64,000 nt of DNA from Eledone cirrhosa (Eukaryota): positions 22,154-86,153 of the forward strand of contig CAXHJY010000303.1 of the NCBI GenBank assembly GCA_964016885.1. Reading direction: 5' to 3'. The notes under the pieces are model-generated. The model was given only the letters and a program-made list of their open reading frames with translations. It searched no databases and was not told the DNA's origin. Of this stretch, positions 14,020 through 27,286 are shown one piece after another. Position 1 is the first letter of the stretch. Each line of letters starts with the position of its first letter. Made by a program: the position numbers and the translations under genes.

Positions 14020-14946
14020 TAGAATTTGAACAGAAAAAACATAACAAATGGAATAAAGTTTATTTCTTATTTCAATTTTTTGATATGCTCAGTGGTGAAG
14101 TTTGGTTATATATACAAACACATACGTATATATATATATATATACATACATACACACACACCAGGAGCAAACACCTTAACCACACAGCTATATTTGCAAC
14201 AATATGGTGGTAAATGAGAATTTACTTTTGAAATATTTGACTATTGCTGTGAAGTATTTAACAAACTACAGCAATTTTAGTTTCTAACAGAGATTATCAG
14301 CTAAAAGATCTTTTGATATAATAACAAAATCCACTTTGCTATAAACACTCATCTTTTTCTATTGCTTAATTATGATCTTTTTTGTATTCACTTATAAATT
14401 TATAATATTATATATTAGTAATATAATTAACAGCGATTGGAAATAAACTGATATCTATATTTTATTAATATTTATTGAAAAAATATTAACTAAATTGTAG
14501 GAAATGTAGTTAGGAAGGAATTATTGATTATGTGATTGTTGTGGAAAGCTTCTTTGATAGTTGTAAAGAACATTATTAGAAGAGTTACCAGTTGTCTTTT
14601 GAACCAATATTGCCAAATAAAGAACCCCCCACTAATGCAATAAATATATACTTAATTGAATTAGAAAGACCAAGGTTAGGTTAGCATATTTTGCAAGTTT
14701 CACTATTAACATTATTTAATGTGAACTTCTATTGTTAATTTTATGTCTGATTACAATCAAAGCTGTAGAATCTGTACAAACATATATAATGATATAATGA
14801 TTTCAATGCCACACAAAAATGTGTTAAAGTGTTTATTTAGTTTGTGACCTGTTGTTTCTGAGTTCAAATCTTACCATTCTCAACTTTAATTTAAAATTGT
14901 TTGGGTGTCAGTAAACTAAAGTGCCTATAAATGTACTTGCTTGAGT

Positions 14947-15220
14947 ATCATCATCACCATCACCAACATTATCAACACCATCATCATCACCAGCATCAAC
15001 ACCACCAGCATCATCAACACCATCATCACCACCATCATCACCACCACTGCCACCATTACCACCATCACCACCACCACCACTACCACCACCATCATCATCA
15101 TCACCACCACCATCACCACCGCCATCACCACCACCACCACCACTATCACCACCACCACCATCACAACCATCATCACTACCACCATCACCACCACCACCAC
15201 CACCATCACTACCACCACCA
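14947..15220. repeat. (CAC/CAT)n microsatellite
   Basis: Direct inspection. Confidence 0.95.
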
Positions 15221-15765
15221 AATATCTTGTGTAGTTCTTATACATTCACTATATTTTAGACATGTCCAATTCTTAATATAATTCTTTCACTTAATTCTTG
15301 GTATTTCCCTTTCCTATCTTTCCATTTATTTTTCTTTCTATTAATTGTCTCTGTAAAACATCTTTTTCTTCTAATTAGATGTCAAAAATATTTTACTTTT
15401 CTCTCTTTGGCAACGTCTTATAAAATGTTATTAGTTTTTGTTATTTTTATTATTTTCTCATTGTTTTTTGTTCTGTCCATGATATTCTCAAAGGCTTGCA
15501 ATCTATTTGATAAATACTGTTAATGTCTAATGTTTCAACTATATATTGTAGTGTAAACCATACATAACATTTTAATAACTTTTTTTTACTATACTACCTT
15601 CCTTACAAAATTTGGCTTTATTCTTAGTAAAAAAAAAAAAGAAGCCAATATTAACTCTTTCATGACCATATTTCTCTTAAATATGTTTTAATTAATTTTG
15701 AAAATAATAAAAAATTTGGAATTAAAAAAAAAACAAAAAAAACTCTTTCATTAAGCTAGTATTAA

Positions 15766-15985
15766 CCCTTTAACATTTACATTACTCTATATATACTATT
15801 GTATTTTCATGGTAAAAGCTTTACCTCGTATAATTATCTCACATAATATCGAATCTATGAGATTTTGAAAGTATTTATTTTGAGAACAATACCTTAACAT
15901 CAGTTTGAGTGACCGGTTACAGCCAGTTTCAACAGAAAGTGGTAGAGAACTCTGGCCGGTTTTGGCCGGTTTGAACATTAAAGGG
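15766..15985. mobile_element. piggyBac-type MITE nested in a second TTAA MITE family (~15651-16085)
   Basis: TTAA|CCCTTTAACATT...AACATTAAAGGG|TTAA; homologous to 3383-3595. Confidence 0.8.
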
Positions 15986-18375
15986 TTAAGAAGATAACAA
16001 CAAATTCCTTACATAAAATTATAACAAAGTTTTAATTTAGATATGAACACTTTAAAATGGGCAGTTTTGGTTTCAGGCAGGTTGGTGGTAGTGATAGAGT
16101 CATGAAAAATAAAATAAACTGTTTTTTAAGTTACTTCATATTTAACCCTTTTCATATAAAACTGCCTGAAACAATACAAATCTGTTTATCTTTAAGTGTT
16201 TATATTTATCTAAAAACCTCTCAGCATAATTTTATGTAAGAACATTTATCAAGTTATTTTCCAAACACCAGTTATGTTATTAAAATTCACCTGTGAAGCC
16301 ACATAGCTTAGTGGTTAGGTTGTGAGTTCGATTCCTGTTGGTGCATTGTGCCCTTGTGCAAGACACTTGACTTTATGATGCTTCAGTCCATTCAGCTAGC
16401 AAAAATGAGTTGTACCTGTAATTCAAAGGGCCAACCTTATCACATTCTGTGTCACACTGAATCACTCTTTAGATATGTGTGTCTGTTGAATGATCAGTCA
16501 CTTGCATGTTAATTTTATGAGCAGGCTGTTCCATTGATTGTATCAACTGGAACACTCATTGTAACTGTTTGAGTACCAGTTAATATCACTCTAAATTCAT
16601 GATTGTTTGAAAGTCATATGCACTATCTTCTATTGGAAATATGGTAATAAAAGGGTTAATACAAAATAGAGTTGTATTTTTTTTACATTGGTTTCAGCAA
16701 GTTAGCTACTAATTTTGCAGTTTTCTATGGCTGTAAAAGATAGATTGCACTATAGTTGCTAATTGATTGCCTTAAGGGAGCTGTTATGTAGATTGCTAGT
16801 CTATATCGGCCAAATCTTACATACCCCCCCCCCCCCCCCCCACACACACACACTTTATTGTATTACATTTTTGTGTGTGTATTGGACCTTTGCTGGTTCC
16901 GATAAGAAGTGTTCTGGGTATTTCATCAACGAAACAGCTTGCTTGTGAAATCAGCGTGCAAATGGCTGAGCATTCCACAGACACAGGTACTCTTAGTATA
17001 ATTCTCAGGAAGATTCAGTATGAGAAGTCTGGCTTTTTGAGTTACACACAGGTACAATTCATTTTTCCAGCTGAGTGAATTAAAACAACATGAGCTAAAG
17101 TGTCTTGCTCAGATACAACACATTGCTAAGAACGAACTCCTGACCATATGATTGTGAACTGAACACCCTAACCACTAAGCCACATACCCTCAATCTGGCT
17201 GCACATATTCATTAGTATTTTAACTAATCACAGAGGAGAGGGTCATGATTAATTAACCAGTTAATAACCAAAACAGATTGAAATATACACGCCTACTTAT
17301 AAAAGCTCCTATTTTCATACAAATAATTTGTCATTTACATTTAGTCGGGTATATTGAAATTTAGTTTGATATAGTTGAAAATTACTGGTACCATGTAACC
17401 CAGTACAACCTGCTTCATGGTCAAATGATCAGCAACTAAACTGGCTCCCCACCAGACCAGGGTCTAATGAGGAGGGTAAGTGGAACCCCCAGCAACACAA
17501 AAAACAAGATCTATTAAATAGCCTCACCAACCTGCACTTGGCCAACTATGGTGAGTATGGCTACACACCTGACATGACCAAAACCAAACAGAAAGCAGTG
17601 GAGGTCAACCAGGGAAGAGTTGCTCCAACAGGAGTGAGAAGGCCTTGGATTGGATAGTTGAAAAGTTAAAAATAGATGAAGACAAACATAAAAGATGCAA
17701 TAAAAGGAAGTAACAGAATATATAGTTGTCTTCAATGGAGACAATGACAATCTGTGTTCCTTAACACATTGGGCACCAAACTGCCTGAATCTGCCCTGGT
17801 TCTATGATACAAAGCTGTTTGTTAAAGTGTTTATATTTATCTAAAAACCGTCCATTAATTTTCTGTAAGAGCTTAATAATGAGAAAGTTAATTATTTTAT
17901 TACTAAGTCCCTCCAAATTCTTGATTATTTTCAAATTATTTTCAAATCATAGGCAATGTATTTCATGAAAAATATGGTAATAAATGGTTAAACAGTGCCA
18001 AAAATTCAGTTACTTCACATAATAAAAACACTCTTGTATATTATTCTTTTTAGATATAAACAATACACAATTAACCCTTTTGTTACCAACCCACCTGAAA
18101 AACTGAACCTGACCCTGATTTTATGATACAAAATCTCATTTAAAGTGACCCTATTTAAATTAAAACCTTCCATAATAATTTTCTGTAAGATCCTTTTGTT
18201 AAGTAAATAATATTCCAAACATCAGCTTAACTCTTTTCATTAACATCCTAGCCAACACTGGCTTTGGTTCTATGAAACAAATCCACCCATTTTAAAGGGT
18301 TCCGATTTAAATTATGATAAAATCATCTAACATAATTTTACATAAGCATCAGAATTACAGACATGAAAAGATTAA

Positions 18376-19779
18376 TAATAGTTACAAGCCAGCAATTTTG
18401 GGGGGAGGAGAAAGTTGATTAAATCGACCCCCAGTTCATTACTGGTGCTTTATTTTATCAACCCTGTAAGGATGAAAGGCAAAGCTAACCTCGGCAGGAT
18501 TTGAACTCAGAATGTAAAGAGTCATAACTCTATGCCACTAATTATGTTATCCGACGCCTTGTGGGTTTGATTCCTGGACTGGGTTGTATGTTGTGTTCTT
18601 GAGCAAAGCACTTCATTTCATGTTGCTCCAATATACTCAGCTGGAACTGAGTACCAGCAATAGCTGGGGGTTTAACCCTACGATGCACTGGTGTCATGTT
18701 CAGGAGGGAGTTATGTACTCTCAGTCACTTAACACCACAAAAACCAGGATAAGCATCGGCTTGATGCGCGTCCAGGCTTGTGACAGTTTTAGATTAGGGG
18801 GTTGAACTCATCATAAGTTTGTTGATTTAATTCCTGCACTGGGCAACATGTTGCATTCTTGAGTAAGATGTTTCATTTCAGGTTGCTTTTTAGGCCTGAT
18901 AAGACAAGCCCCTATCATTAAAACACCCAAGAAACTTCTTATGAGATACAAGTTCGTATTAGGCTGGCTACATTTGTATACATGTGATTTGTGATTGTAA
19001 ATTTCACTTTTCATTTTCATTGAAAGGTGTTAAGTGACAAAATTAGAAACAACAAAAGACCCTTTCCCTGAAAAATAACAATGACATTAACAACAATAAT
19101 AATGGTTTCTATATTTAGCACAAGGCCAGCAATTTGAAGGGAAGGGGGGAAAGTCGATGAAATCGACTCCAGTGCGTGACTGGTACTTTATTTTATCAAC
19201 CCCATAAGGATGAAAGGCAAAGCTAACCTCAACAGGATTTGAACTCAGAATGTAAAGAGCTGTATGCCACAAAACATGTTGTCCGACACCCTATCTATAC
19301 TACCAATCCACCACCCTATTAACAACAAAAATAATAAAAATAGTTTCTAAAATAGGTAGAAGGCCAGCAATTTGGTCGTAGGGGAAAGTCGATTGACCCC
19401 AGTAATTGACTTGTATTTTATTTCATTGGCCCTGGAATGATAGAAGTTGAAATTAACCTTGGTGGGATTGTCAGGTTGCAAGGAATAATAGCAGTTAAGT
19501 CCCTGAAATTAGTAAGAAAAGAAAAGGTGTAAGCATGACTATACCTGATGTTGTGAGAATAATGGTTTCTTATATAGGCACAAGGCCAGAAATTTTGAGG
19601 GAGGGGAAAATTGATTCAATCGATCCCAGTGTATGACTGGTACTATATTTTTTTGACCCCTTAAGGATGAAAAGCAGAATTAACCTTGGCGGGATTTGAA
19701 CTCAGATCATAAAGGGCTGTAACTCTATGCCGCAAAGCATGGCGTCCGACCCTCTACCGATACTGCCAATCCACTGCCC
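18376..19779 (-). mobile_element. Cluster of SINE A copies (~18376-18558, 19095-19315, 19340-19470, 19560-19779) plus a + strand SINE B (~18560-18790)
   Basis: Repeated ggatgaaaggcaaag...ggatttgaactcaga, the reverse complement of the family A core. Confidence 0.82.
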
Positions 19780-20079
19780 TTGATGCTGTAAGAATAATGA
19801 AATGAAATTCTTTGAGGAGAAATGGTCTTAGACACTGTAGATGTAATAAAGAAAGAAATATCTCTAAACAGAAGTGTTTACATGATAAAGAAAAAAATGT
19901 ACTCCAACTATTAAAAGCCCCCTTGGAAACTGAACATTTACAGGAAGTACAAGAGTATAAACGGACATTCTTATAGGAAGTGTGTACATCCTGAGTAAGA
20001 ACCTCTCTACACGAGAAGGAAACAAAATAGCATAGACGTATGTGTGTGTAGTGCTTTTGTTCTGTGTATGAACATAATT

Positions 20080-20115
<36 letters not shown>

Positions 20116-20283
20116 GTTTATGAGGTTATAGTGTAGTACTTCACTATTTTCATTGGTAAGGTGAGATAAGCCTGATGCACTTTACCATCCTCAGTTCTTC
20201 AGGAGCAAAACACTGGATGTTTTATGAGCAGTTCAGGTAGCAAAGCATTTAAAATTCAAAATTTTAAGAAAGTCAATGATAGG

Positions 20284-20473
20284 ATGGTGGATTGGCAGTA
20301 TCGGTAGAGGGTTGGATGCCATACTTTGCAGCAAAGAGTTACGGCTCTTTATGGTCTGAGTTCAAATCCCGCCGAGGTTAACTTTGCCTTTCATCCTTAC
20401 GGGGTCGATAAAATAAAGTACCAGTAATGCACTGGGTAATTGCTGGCCTTGTGCCAAAAGTAGAAACAATTAT
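20284..20473 (+). mobile_element. SINE family A
   Basis: Near-consensus copy. Confidence 0.9.
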
Positions 20474-20660
20474 TTATTTATACATCTCTATTAATACCAT
20501 AAGACAAATATCAAAAAAATGAGAGGATTCAAAGTATGGAGCCTTTAGTCAAGCAGTTAAAATTTCAAGTGTAAATTTAGCATAGGCTTGTACAAGGGTT
20601 TTTTTAAACATGCAAGCTTATAAATTTATCTGCTTTTTTTTTCAGGAAAAAACACACACC

Positions 20661-23360
20661 CATCATCATCATCATCATCATCAACGTTTAACGTCCGTGT
20701 TCCACGCTTGCATGGGTTTGGACGGGGGTAGTCCCACTTGAGGCAAGAGTGATTGTCTTGCTCGCATAGGACTGTCTGGCAGGTTTTCTACAGTTGGATG
20801 CCCTTCCTAACACCAACCACATTTACAGTGTGGGTCTGGGAGGTTTTTACCGTGTTGCCTACACGGCCACATTACAGCGTGGACTGTGTGTTTTTTTGTC
20901 GTGACACCTACACGATCTCATTTGTTTCGGCCTGGATGGCGCGGCACCAACATAACTTTACATAGAACGGGGTGGTGTGGATGGGGTGGGTGGTGGTGGT
21001 GGTGGGACGGGGTGTATTTTGTTAGAGATGCCTACTGGCTGGAGTAGGTTTTACTATATATTTAGGTAAGGCGGGTCTTCTCTGTTACTGTGTACCGCCA
21101 AAGGTCTCGGTCCAGTGACATTGTCTTGGAGAGGTGTAAGTGTGTGATGTCGGAGTTTATCAGCTCGTCCCAGGTTTTTCTAGGTTTACCTATTCCGTGA
21201 CTACCGTCTATCTTTATTGCCCTGCACTTTGTTATACAGCTATCGACTTTCATGCGCATCACGTGTCCATACCAACGTAGCCTTCTCTCGAGTAAACAAC
21301 ATCTGATCCCTCTTATCTCTAATTTTTTCCTTAGTTCGTTTATGCTTTGCCGTTCACGTATATTACTGTTACACATCCAGCGGAGCATGCAAGCTTCGTT
21401 CCTCTCTAGTCTGCGTATATCCTCTGCACACAATGCCCAGGTCTCACTGCCATGCAGCATTGCTGTTCGTATGCAGGCATCGTACAACCTGCCTCTCATT
21501 TTTAGGGAGAACCCTTTAGCAGCTAATAGTGGTATAAGCTCTCTGAACTTTTTCCAATCAGTTCTGACTCTAGCTACAGTACTTTCAGAGCACCCTCCCC
21601 CACTGCTGATTTTATCGCCCAGGTAACGGAAGCTGTCCACTATTTCTATAGAACCCTCTGCGCAATTGAAAGAGCTAGTATTTTGTGGGCACTTGCTGCT
21701 ACTTATTGCACCAGAACACCGGCCACATGTAAAATCTATGTTCTTAGTTAGCTTACCTGTGATCCTACTACATCTTTTATGCACCCATACTTTGCATTTA
21801 GGACATAAAATGGAGTTTCTACCTACGCCTTTCCTACACACCGAGCACGACCATTTCCCAGAAGGGACCGCCGCCTTGTTTTCTTTCCTACAAACTAGAA
21901 CTTTGGTCTTAGCCAGGTTAATTTTAAGTCCTTTTGACTCTAGGCCGTGCTTCCATGTTTGGAATTTCTTCTCTAGCTCGGCCATTGATTCCGCTATGAG
22001 TGTCAGGTCGTCTACGTATAGGAGTTCCCATGGGCAGCCTGTCTTGAACTCCTCTGTTATAGCCTGAAGGGCAATAATAAATAGTAGGGGGCTGAGAACA
22101 GAGCCCTGATGGACGCCAACTTTTACGCTAAACTCTTCACTATATTCGTTGTTAATTCTAACCTTGCTGACTGTTTCTTTATACATGGCTTGTGTAGCCC
22201 TCACAAGCCATTCGTCAACGCCTAGTTTTCTAAGAGCCCACCAGATAATGGAGCGGGGGACTCTGTCGAAGGCTTTCTCCAAGTCGACAAAGGCTAAGTA
22301 GAGGGGTTTACCTTTAGCTAGGTACTTCTCCTGTAGTTGTCGTACTATGAAAAGAGCGTCTGTGGTACTTTTGCCTGACACAAACCCGAACTGCATTTCA
22401 TCTAGGTCAATTCTCTCTGATTAGTTGCGCTATTACTTTTTCCGTGACCTTCATGACCTGGTCGATTAATTTAATGCCTCTATAGTTACTCCTATCTAGG
22501 GCGTCTCCTTTACCCTTGTAACAGTTAACGATGATGCTGCTATGCCAGTCCTTCGGAACAACCCCATTCTGTACGACTTGGTTAACTATGCGGGTGACCA
22601 TGGTGTGTCCCACCGTGCCAGATGCCTTCAGCATCTCAGCAACTATTTCCGAAGGCCCAGCCGCCTTACCCGTCTTCATATCCTTGATTGCCTTACTTAT
22701 TATACTCCCCTCGACTAAAACTGCTGGTCCCTCTATTGGGTCGATATGGGGGAGACTGTCTTTCTCCCATTTATTCTCCTCATTTAGTAGCCTTTCATAG
22801 TGACACTTCCAAGCTACCTTCTTATCAGCGTCGGTGATGGCAAGTGTGCCATCGTCGTTTAGTACACACTTCTCCCCGACAATATCACGGTTTTCCTTGA
22901 CGCATTGCCTAGCAATCCTGAACACCTCACGTTTTTGGTCATCGCGTTGTAGAACATGCTTGAACTTTCTTTCCTCAGCTTCCCTTCTTGCTAAGTACAC
23001 TTGTCTCCTAGCTACACTCCTGGCCACTTGATAGTCTTCTCTACTTCCCCCATCCCGCCATACTTTCCAAGCCTGCTTTTTGGCCTTAATTGACCCCTCC
23101 ACCTTACTGTTCCACCACCATGTTGCTCTCCTCCTGCCTACAGGCCTGCTCCAGCCACAGACTTCGTCTGTCGCCATCAGCAGGTTTGCCTTCAGGAATT
23201 CCCACTGTCCCCTCTATATTGTCCGACTCTAAATGCTCTTCCTTACTGTCGAAAGCATTAAGTAATATGCTTTGGAATTTATTTCTGGCTGTGGGGTCCT
23301 TTAGCTTCCATATTTGTCTCCTGAGGATAACTGGTACCTCCAGTCGCTCCGCAAATGGAT
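20661..23360 (-). mobile_element. RTE-clade LINE, 5'-truncated, young copy with reverse transcriptase and a frameshift
   Basis: ORFs 22407-23177 and 21062-22396 carry RT motifs NYRGIKL, QFGF, FVDLEKAFDRV, GVHQGSVLSPLLF, YVDDL and the RTE C-terminal RRLRWYGHV...PRKTW; (GAT)n 3' tail; 2-bp deletion near 22410 relative to the copy at 13230. Confidence 0.95.
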
Positions 23361-23476
23361 GCAATATTCTAGCTGCTTTAAAACGTTCATAGAGATGTAT
23401 AAATAAATAATAATTGACTTTCTTAAAATGTTGAATGTATATGTGATGATGATGTATGTATGTATATGTGGGTGTA

Positions 23477-24009
23477 TCTATTTATATAAAATAGCTTGTT
23501 TGTCTGTTTGTCCCCAATACTCTTAAAAACAAGTGGATCAATCATGTTCAAACTTGGCATGTGAGTTCCTTAGATTCAGGAATAGGTTTTTCTCCACTGA
23601 AATTAATGCATGCAAGATTTCTCAGCTCTAGCATCACTTCTTCATAGTCAGCCAATGAACTTTTCAGCCTACCCTCGTGTGTGTGTGTGGTGCAAATGTC
23701 ATCTGTGAAGGTGGTTTTTATCTACTTTCAAGATCCAAGGGCAAGTGACCCACAGAATTGGACCACTTCAGCCACTTTCAGAAGAACAACCAAAACATTT
23801 ACAACTGTATTTCATCAGTGATATGAAACCCAAGCACAGACAAGATATGAAAGGATTAAAGAAACTAAGTATGAAATCATATTGCATCTAAAAGATATAT
23901 TACACAAACGAAATAACTATATTAGAAGTTTCAAATATACCCTAGAAAAAGCTTTGAATGAAATTTCATTATTTTCTTTAACCCGGGCAACACTGGGTAC
24001 TTCTGCTAG
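23477..24009 (+). mobile_element. Non-autonomous Helitron
   Basis: Starts A|TCTATTTATATAAAA and ends with hairpin ACCCGGGCAACACTGGGT then GCTAG|T; inserted between A and T with no target duplication. Confidence 0.8.
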
Positions 24010-24384
24010 TATATATATATATGTGTGTATATGTATATATATATGTGTATAAGTATATATATATGTGTGTATGTGTATAAGTATATATGTGTGTATGTGT
24101 ATAAGTATATATATATGTGTGTGTGTGTATGTATATTGTATATATATATATTTTTTTTTATGTATATACATATATACAACCCCTTTCCAATGATAAGCTT
24201 TCATAATAGAATTCAACATCAAGTTTAGATTCTGAGCTGACAGCTAATAACACTATTACTATTACCACTTCATTCACATCATCACCATTACAACCATGGT
24301 CATAACCAATCCCCACCACCACTGGGATATTGTCATAGCCACATCATTACCTCCACCACTGAGGTACCTATACCCAGTGTAATA

Positions 24385-25140
24385 ACACCAGAGGGGCTCT
24401 GCTGCCCACAATGCAAAGGAGAGGAAGATAGTTAAATACCGGGGCCTGACTGACTACTTCCTCTTTGTACCGGTCTCCGTCAAGGCCTCTAGTGTCCTTG
24501 GTCTCTACACTGCTGATTTTCTCTGTAAAACCAGAAAGAGCCCTGTGAGGTAGGGTGGCTGTTGCAGCGAGTATCTCTGGCTATTCTCTGCAATAATGCT
24601 TTTGCCATTTTGTGCATAGGCACATGGCGTAGTGGTTAGAGCATTGGCCTTGCAATCGAAAGGTTGTGAGTTCAATTCTCAGACCGGGTGATGTGTTGTT
24701 TCCTTGAGCAAGATACTTTATTTCACATTGCTCCAGTTTACTCAGCTGTAGAAATGAGATGATAGGACTGGGGTCCCTATCATTCCACTGCAAAGTGGTC
24801 GTGGAGGTGCCACGGCAAAAAAGCACCCAGTACTCACTGTAAATGAGATTGGTGTTAGGAAGGGCATCCAGCTGTAGAAATCAAGCCAGTATCAGTTCCC
24901 GTCCCACCCTTGCAAGCAGGGAAAAAGCGAACGTAAAATGAAATGATGAAATGAAAATGACGCAGCTGAGACACTGCCCAGATTGGGGTGTAGTGTTTGT
25001 CCCTAATCCTCATCCTTTCTTTTGCTGCTTAATTCTTTTTTCTTTTTCTTCTTTTCATTGGGGCGGGGTCCTTCTAATAGTGTTTTGTTTTTGTATAAAT
25101 GGCTTTGTAAAATAGATATTGATTTAGATGAGGAAAAAAA
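24385..25140 (+). mobile_element. CRE-like non-LTR retrotransposon 3' end (RLE domain remnant plus 3'UTR) with an inserted SINE
   Basis: Manual translation GSAAHNAKERKIVKYRGLTDYFLFVPVSV...WLLQRVSLAILCNNAFAIL; the putative 3'UTR (24963-25120) recurs at 61880-62040. Confidence 0.65.
24617..24960 (+). mobile_element. tRNA-derived SINE family C with RTE-like 3' tail
   Basis: tRNA head, core shared with family B, 3' GGTGTTAGGAAGGGCATCCAGC...ACGTAAAATGA. Confidence 0.88.
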
Positions 25141-25189
25141 TAACACTGGTGTGCTAAGCCCAACCTGAACACCAGCACTGTAATAGGAC

Positions 25190-26430
25190 CACTGCAACTA
25201 TAGATACCATACACTGTTTTTAACATTGTCATTATCACCACAACTACAACCTCTACTATTTACACCAACACTACAATTACAAATACTACTACTTAGACCA
25301 ACACCACAACTACAACCACTACCACCACAACTACAACTACTTGCACCAACACCACAACTACAACCTCTACTACTTACACCTATACCACAACTGCAACCAC
25401 TACTACTTATACCACTACCACCACAACTACAACTACTTGCACCAACACCACAACTACAACCTCTACTACTTAGACCAACCCAACAACTACAACCACTACT
25501 ACTTATACCACTACCACCACAACTACAACTACTTGCACCAACACCACAACTACAACCTCTACTACTTACACCTATACCACAACTGCAACCACTACTACTT
25601 ATACCACTACCACCACAACTACAACTACTTGCACCAACACCACAACTACAACCTCTACAACACCACAACTGCAACCACTACTACTTATACCACTACCACC
25701 ACAACTACAATTACTTGCACCAACACCACAACTACAACCTCTACTACTTAGACCAACCCAACAACTACAACCACTACTACTTATACCACTACCACCACAA
25801 CTACAACTACTTGCACCAACACCACAACTACAACCTCTACTACTTACACCTATACCACAACTGCAACCACTACTACTTATACCACTACCACCACAACTAC
25901 AACTACTTGCACCAACACCACAACTACAACCTCTACTACTTAGACCAACCCAACAACTACAACCACTACTACTTATACCACTACCACCACAACTACAACC
26001 TCTACTACTTACACCTATACCACAACTGCAACCACTACTACTTATACCACTACCACCACAACTACAACTACTTGCACCAACGCCACAACTACAACCTCTA
26101 CTACTTACACCAACACCACAACTGCAACCACTACTACTTATACCACTACCACCACAACTACAATTACTTGCACCAACACCACAACTACAACTGCTTGCAC
26201 CAACACCACAACTACAACCACTACTATTTACACCAACACCACAACTACAACCACTACTACTTAGACCACTACCACCACAACTACAACTGCTACTACTTGC
26301 ACCAACACAACTACAATCACTACTACTTCACCACACTAATACAACTTACACCACCAATGACACTACTAAGACCACTACCACCGCTACCATCTCTACTCAT
26401 ATCACCACCACAACTACAACCACTGCAGCC
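25190..26430. repeat. CA-rich minisatellite of ~30-33-bp subunits grouped in ~96-bp units
   Basis: Repeats of ccacaactacaac...; the ORF track shows a 32-aa period (PQLQLLAPTPQLQPLLLTPIPQLQPLLLIPLP). Confidence 0.92.
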
Positions 26431-26944
26431 ATGATAACAGAAGGACTATAGCACCCCATTTCCCTTATCACAATAACACCTCCATCACTATCTCTGTGGC
26501 AATGCTATTCTATATTAGTAGTTTCTCCAGTCTTCCACAAGAAGTTATCAATCATGGGGGGGGGGGGGGGGGATCTGTGCTCTGTTATCTGCCCCTTCTC
26601 ATGTAATGTTAAACTGTTTTATGTCTTCTTTGACAATATAGGGGTGGGTGGTTGGAGGGAACATGTTTTCCATTGACCTTCCTTTTTCCTTCTTCAATTC
26701 TGGCAGTACCCTCATCATTACAATCCTGGCTATTTGTTGTCACTCTGGCATTCAGAATACATGTCCTGTAATGCTCATGCTTTGCTCTGTTATAATTTCC
26801 TGCAGGTTTTTTGATCTGGAAGATTTTACATTTCAACAAATGCAAAGCAGTGCATTGAATTTCAACAATTAATGGTCATCAATTTTGTAGATTTCATTAA
26901 GGCATTTGATAGTGTACATCGAGTAAAGTTATCTAAGTCTAGAG

Positions 26945-27184
26945 TTTAAAGTCTGTCTCGAGCCCAGAGGCTCATCAGGCCGGTCCTTATCCCGGTTTCT
27001 GTGGAATGAGGCGACTGTGAGTACAAGACTCCCCCTGCTATTGCATTTTCAGCTGAGTATACTGGAGAAATGTGAAATAAAATGTTTTACTCAAGAACAC
27101 AACATACAACCCAGTCCAGGAATCGAACCCACAACATTATGATCCTAAGTCCTACACCTTTATCACAAGGCCACATGCCTCCAC
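26945..27184 (-). mobile_element. tRNA-derived SINE family B
   Basis: tRNA head (GGTTCGATTCC B box), gtgttcttgag..aaaca core and 3' stem-loop GAGCCTCTGGGCTC; other copies at 4515-4757, 18560-18790, 28757-29030 and 54008-54268 (+). Confidence 0.85.
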
Positions 27185-27286
27185 AGTAAAGGTTTGGGGC
27201 ATAGATATAAAGTATAGTGTGTCAGACAACTACATTATTTTTAATAATCTTTTCTTTCAGATGAGGATGTCAGTTCTTCTGACACC

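Noticed and set aside
14925-15281. Poly-His, poly-Thr and poly-Val ORFs
   Set aside because: Translations of a (CAC/CAT)n microsatellite.
25226-26434. 402-aa Pro/Gln/Leu and His/Tyr/Asn-rich ORF and its antisense Cys/Gly/Ser-rich ORF
   Set aside because: By-product of a stop-poor minisatellite; composition switches with frame and there is no splice or homology support.
26955-26982. CTGATGAGCCTCTGGGCTCGAGAC in SINE B (minus strand) resembling a hammerhead core
   Set aside because: The hairpin uses the GA of the would-be core, GAAA is not conserved, and stems I and III are absent; better explained as the SINE 3' stem-loop.
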